Shown: positions 9,419-18,450, counted from the stretch's first letter. The stretch is DNA of 40,946 bases from Candidatus Hecatellales archaeon (GCA_003661965.1 QMXD01000003.1:1-40946); one strand, 5' to 3'. Translations and numbers: made by a program. The notes: generated from the sequence alone by a model not told the origin.

Positions 9419-10637
9419 TGTGTGTGTTCGAAAAATTAGTGATTATGAGCCTATAGTTGGCAGGGATGAGATTAAAACCATAGTTAGTTTAGCTGAGAGG
9501 GTTAAAGGTGCAAAAATAATTCATGTAAATTCTACAGCTTATGGTGGTGGTGTTGCAGAAATTCTTAAAAGTCTTATTCCTTTAGCCCGCTCGGTTGGTT
9601 TGGATGCAAGATGGCAGGTTTTACAGGGAAGCAAAGAATTCTTTTTTACAACAAAATCTATCCATAACGCTTTACAGGGAGACAACTCTATCGAGTTAAC
9701 AAGCGAGATGAGGGATGTTTACCTTAAAGTAAACGAGTTAAACGCTAAAACCTTAGACCTTGATGGGGATGTTGTTATGATTCATGACCCTCAACCTTTA
9801 CCACTCATAGACTATAGGAGGGATGGTAAATGGGTTTGGAGATGCCATATTGACACATCCCAGCCTAACAAACATGTTTGGGGTTTTATAAAACCTTTTG
9901 TTGAAAAATATGATGCTCTTGTTTTTTCACGTGAAGCCTACATTCCAAACGATATAAGAGGAATTAAGGTTTTTGTCAGATTTCCATCCATAGACCCTCT
10001 ATCAGATAAAAATAAGCCTCTCCACCAAACAGAAATCCTAAAAATTCTTGAAAGGTTTGATGTTAACCCTGATAAACCAATCATAGGTCAGGTTGCACGT
10101 TTTGACCCATGGAAAAATCCTTTAGGTGTTATAGACACCTATAGGAAGGTTAAAGAAAAAATATCTGAGGTTCAGCTTGTTCTTATAGGTTCTTTTGCCC
10201 ACGACGACCCTGAAGGCTTAGAATGGTATAAAAAAACTGTTAGGTATGCTGAAAACCTTAAGGATGTCTATATACTTACAAACATGGATGGTGTTTGTGA
10301 TGTTGAGGTTAACGGTTTTCAAAGAGCTTTCACTGTTGCTCTTCAACTTTCAATTAGGGAGGGTTTTGGTTTAACTGTTTCTGAGGCTTTATGGAAAGGT
10401 GTTCCTGTTGTTGCAACAAGGGTTGGAGGGATTCCTTTACAGGTTATTGATGGGGTTACAGGTTTTCTTATAAACACTGTTGAGGAGGCTGCTGAAAAAG
10501 TTGTTCTCCTAGTTAAAAGGGGATGGTTGGCTAGAGAGCTTGGAAGAAACGGTGTTGAACATGTTAAAAGAAACTTTTTGGTTACAAAAGACCTAAAAGA
10601 CTATCTTAGGCTACATATAGAGCTTGTTGGTAAATAG
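9411..10637 (+). CDS. treT: Trehalose glycosyltransferring synthase TreT-like (GT4)
   Basis: HVNSTAYGGGVAEIL, IHDPQP, WRCHIDTS, QVARFDPWKNP, EGFGLTVSEALWKG. Confidence 0.85.
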   Translation: MSSVCVRKISDYEPIVGRDEIKTIVSLAERVKGAKIIHVNSTAYGGGVAEILKSLIPLARSVGLDARWQVLQGSKEFFFTTKSIHNALQGDNSIELTSEMRDVYLKVNELNAKTLDLDGDVVMIHDPQPLPLIDYRRDGKWVWRCHIDTSQPNKHVWGFIKPFVEKYDALVFSREAYIPNDIRGIKVFVRFPSIDPLSDKNKPLHQTEILKILERFDVNPDKPIIGQVARFDPWKNPLGVIDTYRKVKEKISEVQLVLIGSFAHDDPEGLEWYKKTVRYAENLKDVYILTNMDGVCDVEVNGFQRAFTVALQLSIREGFGLTVSEALWKGVPVVATRVGGIPLQVIDGVTGFLINTVEEAAEKVVLLVKRGWLARELGRNGVEHVKRNFLVTKDLKDYLRLHIELVGK

Positions 10638-11993
10638 CTAATAGCTTTTAATAACAGACTCAAAAACGGTTTTTAAACGTTCAACAGCCACAGATATACT
10701 ACACTGTTTAGATGTTTCATATCCAACCTCACCCATCCTTAAAGCATCCTCCTCATTCCCTAAAAGATAACTTATTTTTCCTGCAAGCTCCCTATAGTCT
10801 TGGGGGTTATGGGTTAAACCGTTAACGTTTTCAATTATAAGCTCAGAAGAACCTGCACCCCTACTTACAACCACAGGTTTTCTGTAGTTCCATGCTTCAA
10901 CAACAGTTAAACCAAAACCTTCCATAAGTGAGGGAAGTAAAACCACGTCAGCCCTCATATACAAACATTTAAGCTCCTCCTCATCAACATAACCTAAAAA
11001 CTTTACAGAGTCTTCCACTTTAAGCTCCTCAGCAAGCTTTTTTAGTTCCCTTCTCCAGTTTTCACCTTTACTATGTCCAAGACTTGTGCTTGTAAAACTT
11101 CCATCCCCAACAAGCAAAAGTTTTGTGTTTGGGTTTTCTTTTTTAACTATGGGTAAAGCTTTTATTGCTGTATCCTGACCCTTAACCCTATCCATCCTTG
11201 CAACAACAAGAATAACCTTTTCATCTTCCATGATACCATACTTTGACAGGGTTTCATCAAGCTTTTTACCGTTCACCTTACCCCATTTTTCAGGGTCCAC
11301 ATAGGGATATATCTGGTAGGCTTTCCCATGGTAACCAGCACGAATTAAACCTTCAAGGTCTCTTTTTGTGCTTACAATCACAGCATCATAGCTTTCCATG
11401 TTTTTCATGATAAAGTTTCTTAGTCTTGGTGAAACATGCTCCAGCTTAAACGGTATATGCCAACGGAAGATTGTTGGGGCTGAGGGTCCTATCATACTTC
11501 CAACCTGAAGCTGTTGAAAATCATGAATCCAAAAAATGTCTATGTCTGGTAGAAACTTTAACATTGTTTGGGTGCAAAGCCAGTTATAGTAGGCGTATGC
11601 CTCATATTCCTCTTTCCTTATCTCCATTTTTCCAAGCCCATGAATTTCCCTCCAAATTCCCTCTTTAAAGCCTGTGTAACGTGGGACATAGAAGCTTGGT
11701 AGTTGAACGTTGTAGATATGAACCCCTTCGTGAAAAACTTCTAAGGGTGCGTTTGGGTTTAGGGAAACCCATTTTGGTGAGGAAACTAACCCTCTAACCA
11801 TAAACCTTTTTAGTATGGCATAGGTCATTTCAGCCACTCCGCCTGGTGTAAACTGGTAGTCTTCGTTTTCAACTAGGTCTTTTAGGTTTATGGGTTCGTA
11901 TAGGTAACCGTATTTTTCAAGAATCTCCTCATAGTTTAGTTTAAACCTGACTAGGGGTGTTTGGGTGTTTACACATAGCTTAATCTGATTCAT
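10638..11993 (-). CDS. GT4 glycosyltransferase, candidate non-OtsA trehalose-6-phosphate synthase
   Basis: NTQTPLVRF N-terminus, PGGVAEM, WIHDFQQL, FRWHIP, VARMDRVKGQD, EGFGLTVVEAW; divergent from T6P phosphatase gene. Confidence 0.75.
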   Translation of the reverse strand: MNQIKLCVNTQTPLVRFKLNYEEILEKYGYLYEPINLKDLVENEDYQFTPGGVAEMTYAILKRFMVRGLVSSPKWVSLNPNAPLEVFHEGVHIYNVQLPSFYVPRYTGFKEGIWREIHGLGKMEIRKEEYEAYAYYNWLCTQTMLKFLPDIDIFWIHDFQQLQVGSMIGPSAPTIFRWHIPFKLEHVSPRLRNFIMKNMESYDAVIVSTKRDLEGLIRAGYHGKAYQIYPYVDPEKWGKVNGKKLDETLSKYGIMEDEKVILVVARMDRVKGQDTAIKALPIVKKENPNTKLLLVGDGSFTSTSLGHSKGENWRRELKKLAEELKVEDSVKFLGYVDEEELKCLYMRADVVLLPSLMEGFGLTVVEAWNYRKPVVVSRGAGSSELIIENVNGLTHNPQDYRELAGKISYLLGNEEDALRMGEVGYETSKQCSISVAVERLKTVFESVIKSY

Positions 11994-12072
11994 TGTTACA
12001 TAGGTAAACTTGTTTTCGTGGGAAAAATGTCTTTCTAAAATTTTTGATGGTTAACCTAAACCGATATTTAGT

Positions 12073-12876
12073 ATGTTTAACATAAAAATATGGTTACAGA
12101 TGTCTCCAAAACACTTATACAGATTTTGGTTTGAGGTTGAGGGTAGGCTTAAAAAAGAGTCAAAAATATTTTTGATGTTGGATTATGATGGGACGATTGT
12201 TCCGATAGCAGAAAAACCTGAGCTAGCAATTTTAAACCCTAAGGTTAGGCTTCTACTCAAAAACATTGTTTTAAGAAGTGGAAAGTTTAAGGTTGCTATT
12301 GTTAGTGGAAGAAGCATTAAAGACCTTAAAAGCCTCCTCAGATTAAAAGACATATACTATGTTGGTGTTCATGGTTTAACGGTGGAAGGTCCAAACCTAA
12401 AGTTTACCCATAGGGAGGCTGTTAGGGTTAAACCTTTTATCGTTAAAGCCTATAGGGATTTGGCTGAAAGTCTTAAGGGTGTTAGTGGTGTTTTTGTTGA
12501 GGATAAGGGTTTTACTGTTGCTGTCCACTACCGTTTAGCAAAGGAAAACAGAAGAATTATAAGGGAAAGGGTTTTGTCGGTTAAAGCTAAATATGGTTGT
12601 TTTAGACTTTTGGAGGGGAAAAAGGTTTTTGAGCTTACGCCAAACATAGATTGGGGGAAGGGTGATGCAAGCCTTCTTCTGCTTAAAAGGTTTAGGTTTA
12701 AACATTTCCCTATCTATGTTGGGGACGATAAAACTGATGAGGATGCGTTTAAAAAGCTTAAAGATAAAGGTTTAACTGTTGTTGTGGGGAGGAAAAGGTT
12801 TTCCGAAGCCAAATACTACGTGAAAAACGTTAGGGAAGTTTGGTTTCTCCTCCAAAAACTTCTTTCCCTACCTTAG
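12073..12876 (+). CDS. otsB: Trehalose-6-phosphate phosphatase (HAD IIB); alternative start ATG 12100
   Basis: LMLDYDGT, VSGRS, VEDKGFTVAVHYR, GKKVFELTP...WGKG, YVGDDKTDEDAF. Confidence 0.9.
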   Translation: MFNIKIWLQMSPKHLYRFWFEVEGRLKKESKIFLMLDYDGTIVPIAEKPELAILNPKVRLLLKNIVLRSGKFKVAIVSGRSIKDLKSLLRLKDIYYVGVHGLTVEGPNLKFTHREAVRVKPFIVKAYRDLAESLKGVSGVFVEDKGFTVAVHYRLAKENRRIIRERVLSVKAKYGCFRLLEGKKVFELTPNIDWGKGDASLLLLKRFRFKHFPIYVGDDKTDEDAFKKLKDKGLTVVVGRKRFSEAKYYVKNVREVWFLLQKLLSLP

Positions 12877-12877
12877 C

Positions 12878-13951
12878 TTAGGGGGAAGCCAAAAAACCTT
12901 TAATCCTTTCAGCTATGTTGAATGGGTTTGAGGCTATTATGCTTGAAGCATAAAGCTCCATAGCACCAATATCCGACACGTTTTGGTTTAACAAGCCCCT
13001 ATCAACAATTCTTACTATGTATGGGAAATCATCCCATCCATTAACTTTTTTAGCTGGCGGGAAAACCATAGAAAGGTTAAAAGAGTATACGTTTAGGCTT
13101 TTGTAGGCTTCCAAAACCTTATGGATGACTTTAGGAAGATTCCTGTTCCAGTTGTGGGTAAACATAAAAACCTCTTTTTCCTTTATTGGTGTAAGATAAA
13201 CAAAAACCTTAACCCCACCATAGGTTAAACCTAAACCAAGAACCCTATGTATATGGTAAAGGTCTTGAAGATAGTTTGAACCGTAGGTTTCCCTATACCT
13301 TTCCATGCATAAACGTAAATATTCAGGTTTAGGGTAAGGCTTCCTACTCATCATCACCTGAAAATGGCTGTGGTTTTGGCTTGCTCCAGCCCTCCAAAGA
13401 CAATTCCATATCAAATATGGGAAAACAGCCCTAGAATCCTCCCTATTCACCCTTTTAAACCATTGGACGGCTGTTTTAAACCCGTCTAAAAGCTCTTTAA
13501 GGCTTAGCTTTAAAGGGTTATGTTTTCTGGGGATAATTAGACTATGCCAACCATCATATTTAGCAATGTTTGCTGCTGTGGTTGTGTAGGCTGACTCAAT
13601 TCTTCCAAAAACATCTTCAGCTGTCTGGTTTTTGGGGTTACATAGCATACATTTTTCCTCGGTAAACGTTGGAGGCTGGGTTTCCTGTTTTTTAGCGGTT
13701 CTTAGGGCTCTAAGCTGGTTGTAGAAGGCTCCCTCAAAGGTAACCTTGTTTACAACCTTAACTATTGTTTGTTTTTTAACAGCTTTTAAGCTTCCAAACC
13801 TCTCTTTAGCAAAACTTTTTAAGGTTGGGGGAATTTTAAGTCTTCCAACAACAACCTCAACCTCAAAAATTCTATGAAAAATTTTTTTATCTTTTTTTGG
13901 AAGCTTTTTTACAAGTTTAGGTAGCATAACCATATCCATGTTTAGCTTCAA
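12878..13951 (-). CDS. GalT-like (HIT superfamily) sugar-1-phosphate nucleotidyltransferase / NDP-sugar phosphorylase
   Basis: CMLC Zn site, HSLIIPRKH, NCLWRAGASQNHSHFQ with the HxHxQ catalytic signature. Confidence 0.72.
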   Translation of the reverse strand: MKLNMDMVMLPKLVKKLPKKDKKIFHRIFEVEVVVGRLKIPPTLKSFAKERFGSLKAVKKQTIVKVVNKVTFEGAFYNQLRALRTAKKQETQPPTFTEEKCMLCNPKNQTAEDVFGRIESAYTTTAANIAKYDGWHSLIIPRKHNPLKLSLKELLDGFKTAVQWFKRVNREDSRAVFPYLIWNCLWRAGASQNHSHFQVMMSRKPYPKPEYLRLCMERYRETYGSNYLQDLYHIHRVLGLGLTYGGVKVFVYLTPIKEKEVFMFTHNWNRNLPKVIHKVLEAYKSLNVYSFNLSMVFPPAKKVNGWDDFPYIVRIVDRGLLNQNVSDIGAMELYASSIIASNPFNIAERIKGFLASP

Positions 13952-14053
13952 CCTTTGATAGTTTCTTTCTCCCCAAAATATAAAAGACTAAAATTTTTTT
14001 GTCTATGGTTTCCATAAAAATTTTAGGTGAAGTTTTCTTTTGGTGGTGGGGGA

Positions 14054-14560
14054 ATGTCTGAAAAAATAAGTAAAATTCTTTTCCCTAGACTTGTTGTGCT
14101 TATAACCACGTGTGGTATGGATGGAAAAGCTAACGTTTCAACCTTCTCCTTTATAATGCCAATAAGCTTCCAACCAAAATATGTTGCTTTTGCTGTTGTT
14201 CCAACAAGATACACGTTTAAAAACCTTAAAGAGGTTCCTGAGTTTGTTATAAACATACCAAACGAAAAAATGCTTAAAGAAGTATGGGTTTGTGGAACAA
14301 GGTCTGGTAGAGACACAGACAAGTTTAAGCTGGCAGAACTTAAAACAGAGGCTAGTGTTAAGGTTAAACCTCTAAGAATAGAAAAATGCCCCATCCAGCT
14401 AGAATGTAAGGTTGAGTTTATGAGGGAGTTTGGAGACCACTATCTGATTGTTGGAAAGGTTTTGGAGGAGCATGTTAAAGAAAAAGAGTTTAAACCTATC
14501 CTACACTATTCTGGTAACGAGTTTTATGTTGTTGGAGAAAAGGTAAGCTATGGTGGATAA
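14054..14560 (+). CDS. Flavin reductase-like FMN-binding split-barrel protein
   Basis: ISFQPKYVAFAV, EFVINIP, CGTRSGRDTDKF, CPIQLECKV, GDHYLIVG; ATG 14054 after GGTGG preferred over GTG 14027. Confidence 0.85.
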   Translation: MSEKISKILFPRLVVLITTCGMDGKANVSTFSFIMPISFQPKYVAFAVVPTRYTFKNLKEVPEFVINIPNEKMLKEVWVCGTRSGRDTDKFKLAELKTEASVKVKPLRIEKCPIQLECKVEFMREFGDHYLIVGKVLEEHVKEKEFKPILHYSGNEFYVVGEKVSYGG

Positions 14561-14563
14561 ACC

Positions 14564-15430
14564 TTGAAAAAGACAGGAATCTTTTACCATGAAATTTGTG
14601 GTAGGGAGGCATACAAACCCCTAGTTATGGGTTTAGAGGAGGGTTTTGAAAGCCTTAAAAAGGATAAGGAGATAACCTTAGCCTCAAACATCCTATTCTT
14701 TGAGTCAAAACCAGCGGAAGAGGAGTGGATAGCCTACATCCACACAAAAGACTGGATAAACTATGTAAGGGAAAGAACAGGCTATTGGAGATGCTCAATC
14801 TATTCGGCTGGTGGTGTTGTTGAAGCTACAAAAAAGGTTTTAAGGGGGGAAATTGATAACGCTATGGTTTTTGCTGGTGTTGGAGGTCATCATGCTCATA
14901 GGGATCATGCGTGGGGAGGATGCTATTTTAACCTTGAAGCAATAGCCATAGAGTATGCAAGAAGAAATTTTGGTGTAAAAAGGTTTGCTGTGGTAGACAT
15001 AGATACCCATCACGCAGACGGCACAATAGACATTTTTAGGGATGATGAAGATGTGCTTTATGTTTGTTTTTGTGGTTGGTGGGGTGAAAAAGGGGAGAAG
15101 GGAAAAGCAAAAGTCTGTTTATCCCATGCAAACAACGATGAAGAGTTTATTAGGAAGGTTGAAAAGGAGGTTCCACCGTTAATCAGAAATTTTAAACCTG
15201 AAATTCTTTACTGGGTTTGCGGTATAGACACCCATAAAGCAAGCTATGGAACCCAAAAACTAACAGAAAAATGTTATCCTGAAATTGCAAAAATAGTTAA
15301 AATGTGTGCAGATGAAAACTGTAACGGTAGACTTATTGTAATGTTTTATGGGAATGCTCCAGCATGGGTTTGTGAATACATAACACCAAAAATAGTTAAA
15401 TGTTTAGCTGAAATAGAAACAGCAAAATAA
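14564..15430 (+). CDS. Histone deacetylase / acetylpolyamine amidohydrolase family protein, atypical
   Basis: GGHHAH, GGCYFN, VDIDTHHADGT, CGIDTH metal motifs; EGGY replaced by YGNA. Confidence 0.82.
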   Translation: MKKTGIFYHEICGREAYKPLVMGLEEGFESLKKDKEITLASNILFFESKPAEEEWIAYIHTKDWINYVRERTGYWRCSIYSAGGVVEATKKVLRGEIDNAMVFAGVGGHHAHRDHAWGGCYFNLEAIAIEYARRNFGVKRFAVVDIDTHHADGTIDIFRDDEDVLYVCFCGWWGEKGEKGKAKVCLSHANNDEEFIRKVEKEVPPLIRNFKPEILYWVCGIDTHKASYGTQKLTEKCYPEIAKIVKMCADENCNGRLIVMFYGNAPAWVCEYITPKIVKCLAEIETAK

Positions 15431-15490
15431 AAATTTTAAAACAAAAATTGGGCATTTAAATCTTGACGTGGAAGAAGGGTTTGTTTATCC

Positions 15491-17386
15491 ATGGTTGACT
15501 ATAGCAGGATAGGTTTAAAGGTTGGTCTTGAAATCCACAGACAACTAGACACAAAACATAAACTATTTTGTAGCTGTCCAACCAAACTATCCCAAAAAAA
15601 ACCTGAAATAGTTTTTGTTAGACGTTTACGTCCAACCCAATCTGAGCTAGGACAATTCGACCCAGCAGCCCTTTTTGAGTTTAAAAAGGGGAAAATAATA
15701 GTTTATGAGGCTGATAGGGAAACCTCATGTCTTGTTGAAAGTGATGAGGAGCCTCCACACAACCTAAACCTTGAAGCTGTTAAAACAGCCCTACAAGCCG
15801 CATTACTTCTAAACTCAAAACCTGTTGACGAAATTCATGTGATGAGAAAAATTGTGATTGACGGCTCAAACACATGTGGTTTTCAACGTACATGTATTGT
15901 TGCTTTGGGTGGTTTTTTGGAGGTTGATGGTAAAAGGTTTCCGATTCAAACAATATGTCTTGAGGAGGATGCTGCTAGAAAGGTTGGTGAGGATGAAAAA
16001 AGGACTGTTTATAGGCTTGATAGGCTTGGAATACCTCTTATCGAGGTTGCAACAGCACCAACAATTTCAACACCAGAGGAGGCTGAAAAGGTTGCTTTAG
16101 CAATAGGAAAAATTTTGAGGAGTACAGGGAAGGTTAAACGTGGTATAGGCTCTATAAGACAGGATTTAAACATATCGATTAGGGATGGAGCCTTAATAGA
16201 GGTTAAGGGTGTTCAAGAGTTAAACCTAATCTCAAAGGTTGTTGAGTATGAGGTTCAAAGACAGCTTAAGCTTTTAGAAATCCGTGATGAGCTTAAAAAA
16301 CGTGGTTTAAGGGAGGAGGAGCTAAAAGAAGAGTTTTATGATGTTACAGAGGTTTTTAGGGAGACTAAAAGCGGTATTATTCGGAGAGCCTTAGAGGCTG
16401 GTGGTGTTGTTTTAGCTGTTAAACTTCCAAAAACAGCTGGACTTTTAAAGGTTGAGCTTGAGCCTAAGCTAAGGTTTGGAACAGAGCTTTCAGACCGTGC
16501 GGTGTTTTATGGTGGTGTTGGAGGAATTTTCCATACGGATGAGCTTCCAGCCTACGGGATAACCCAAACAGAGGTTGAAAAGGTAAAATCTATTTTGGGG
16601 GTTTCAGGGCTGGATTCTGCTGTTATTGTTGCTGATAAACCTGAAAAGGCGGGGGATGCTTTAAAGGCTGTGGTTGAAAGGGTTAGGGAAGCCTTAAAAG
16701 GTGTTCCTGAGGAGACAAGGTCTGCAAAACCTGATGGGACAACACGTTATATGAGACCTAGACCTGGGGCTGCAAGACTTTACCCTGAAACTGATGTTCC
16801 ACCTATACCCATCTCCCTTGGGATGGTTGAGGAGGCTAAAAAAACTCTTCCACCACCAATAGATAAGCAGGTTGAGGGTTTGATGGGTGAGTTTAAGATT
16901 AATAGGAAGCTTGCTGAACAGCTTTTAGACTCTGATTATCAGGGTCTTTTTAGGAGGGCTGTTGAGGTTGGTGTTCCACCGAGTTTTGCTGCTTCAGCCT
17001 TAACAGAAACAATGAAAAGTCTTGAGAGGAAGGGTGTTCCTGTTGAAAACCTTTCTGATGAGGATATTTTGGATGTTTTTAGGCTTATTGGTGAGGGTAA
17101 AACTGCGAAAGAGTCTTTTTCAACCCTAATAGAGTGGATGGCTAAAACAGGCGGTAAAGCTTTAGAGGCTTTGGAGAGGCTTGGGCTTAAAACTTTAACA
17201 ACCCATGAGGTTGAGGTTGTGGTTGAAAGGAAGCTTTTGGAGAATATGGATTATTTAAGGCAGAATCCTAGTAGGGCTTTTAACCATTTGATGAAGGTTG
17301 TTATGGCTGAGGTTAGGGGTAGGGCTGAGGCTAGGGTTGTTGCTGAGGTTGTTAGGGGATGCTTGTCTAGACATGGCATAACGTAA
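15491..17386 (+). CDS. gatE: Glu-tRNA(Gln) amidotransferase subunit E
   Basis: GLKVGLEIHRQL, MRKIVIDGSNTCGFQRT, LEEDAAR, LDRLGIPLIEVAT, RPRPGAARLYPETD. Confidence 0.97.
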   Translation: MVDYSRIGLKVGLEIHRQLDTKHKLFCSCPTKLSQKKPEIVFVRRLRPTQSELGQFDPAALFEFKKGKIIVYEADRETSCLVESDEEPPHNLNLEAVKTALQAALLLNSKPVDEIHVMRKIVIDGSNTCGFQRTCIVALGGFLEVDGKRFPIQTICLEEDAARKVGEDEKRTVYRLDRLGIPLIEVATAPTISTPEEAEKVALAIGKILRSTGKVKRGIGSIRQDLNISIRDGALIEVKGVQELNLISKVVEYEVQRQLKLLEIRDELKKRGLREEELKEEFYDVTEVFRETKSGIIRRALEAGGVVLAVKLPKTAGLLKVELEPKLRFGTELSDRAVFYGGVGGIFHTDELPAYGITQTEVEKVKSILGVSGLDSAVIVADKPEKAGDALKAVVERVREALKGVPEETRSAKPDGTTRYMRPRPGAARLYPETDVPPIPISLGMVEEAKKTLPPPIDKQVEGLMGEFKINRKLAEQLLDSDYQGLFRRAVEVGVPPSFAASALTETMKSLERKGVPVENLSDEDILDVFRLIGEGKTAKESFSTLIEWMAKTGGKALEALERLGLKTLTTHEVEVVVERKLLENMDYLRQNPSRAFNHLMKVVMAEVRGRAEARVVAEVVRGCLSRHGIT

Positions 17387-17411
17387 GTAAACGTAAGGTA
17401 AAAAAACGTAA
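17380..17411 (+). repeat. Three direct repeats of AACGTAA upstream of the repair-operon promoter
   Basis: AACGTAA at 17380, 17390 and 17405. Confidence 0.55.
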
Positions 17412-17417
17412 AAAATC

Positions 17418-17430
17418 GAAACCTTTATAT
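17418..17430 (+). promoter_or_regulatory. BRE/TATA promoter of the wHTH x3-nurA-herA-mre11-rad50 operon
   Basis: GAAACCTTTATAT, TATA box at 17424-17429, about 35 nt before TTG 17463. Confidence 0.6.
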
Positions 17431-17462
17431 CTATTTTCCCTAAACTAAACCTTAGAGGAAGC

Positions 17463-17933
17463 TTGAAGGTTAAACTGTCGATTAAGAGACCCTACGGAGA
17501 CATAGTTCTTGAGGGGGAAAGCTTTAACGAGATAATTGAAAACCTAAAATCTCTACCAGAATGGATAAACACCATAGACAGTTTAATCCTTAAACCTGAA
17601 ACACCTCAAGCAAAAAAGGATATGCTTAAGGGTGTCATCGAATATACGAGTGAGGGTCCTGTAATAATAGTTCCAAGGGAAAGGTTAAGTGATAAGGAGG
17701 CTATAGGGCTTATCCTTTACGCAAACGACCCAAACCCTCTTCAACCAAAGGAGATTGCAAGACTTTTTGCTCTTTCAGGTAGGCTTTCAGCAGGTTTTGG
17801 TGCTAGGCTTAGTGAACTTAAAAATGAGGGGTTGATTTTGAAGGATGCAGGCGCCTATAGGCTTACCGTAACAGGCAAAAATTGGGTTGAAAACTTTTTG
17901 TCAAGGTTAACTTCCTTGGGGGTTGAAACCTGA
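17463..17933 (+). CDS. Hypothetical protein, small N-terminal domain plus C-terminal winged helix (paralog 1)
   Basis: TTG start after GAGGAA; GARLSELKNEGLI...YRLTVTG wHTH-like; similar to the next two ORFs. Confidence 0.82.
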   Translation: MKVKLSIKRPYGDIVLEGESFNEIIENLKSLPEWINTIDSLILKPETPQAKKDMLKGVIEYTSEGPVIIVPRERLSDKEAIGLILYANDPNPLQPKEIARLFALSGRLSAGFGARLSELKNEGLILKDAGAYRLTVTGKNWVENFLSRLTSLGVET

Positions 17934-17935
17934 AA

Positions 17936-18448
17936 ATGGGTAACCTTAAAATTCACCTAGAATATGATGACACAAAAATAGATTTTGAAGGTTCACCTGA
18001 AGAGGTTGTTAAGGTTTTGCTTAACTTTTTATCCCAACATTATCCAGCCTACCAGCTTATAAAAAACCTAACCATAACGGTTGACCTTGAAGACCTACTA
18101 AAAAAGCTTGAGGGTGTTATCGGGGTTTCCCCTGAAGGTGTTATTGTAACAATTCCAAAAGAAAAAATTTCTAACCTAAGTATTAGGGAGCAGATTGCCC
18201 TACACCTTGTTAAAACCTATATTGGTAACAAGCTTGGTGTTGTTGAGAGAGCCTCCCTTTCAGCAGCTGAACTTTTAAACGTTATTGGTGGTAGGATGGG
18301 GGCTATAGCTGGTAGGTTAAGCGAGCTTGTTGATGATGGTTTGGTTGAAAGGGTTGGTAGAGCAGAATACAAGATTACAACCTATGGGCTTAAACAGTTC
18401 TCAGAAAACATTCTACCAAAGATTAGGCAGGTTTGCGGGGTGGCTTAG
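17936..18448 (+). CDS. Hypothetical protein, small N-terminal domain plus C-terminal winged helix (paralog 2)
   Basis: AGRLSELVDDGLVERVGRAEYKITTYG; 2-nt gap from the previous gene. Confidence 0.82.
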   Translation: MGNLKIHLEYDDTKIDFEGSPEEVVKVLLNFLSQHYPAYQLIKNLTITVDLEDLLKKLEGVIGVSPEGVIVTIPKEKISNLSIREQIALHLVKTYIGNKLGVVERASLSAAELLNVIGGRMGAIAGRLSELVDDGLVERVGRAEYKITTYGLKQFSENILPKIRQVCGVA

Positions 18449-18450
18449 GT

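Noticed and set aside
11994-12099. TrmB-type TATCAC-N5-GTGATA sugar-regulon operator in the trehalose cluster
   Set aside because: No match in the intergenic regions 8387-8545, 11994-12099 or 13952-14053
15491-17386. gatE without adjacent gatD
   Set aside because: Split gatD/gatE loci are common in archaea; gatD is probably elsewhere
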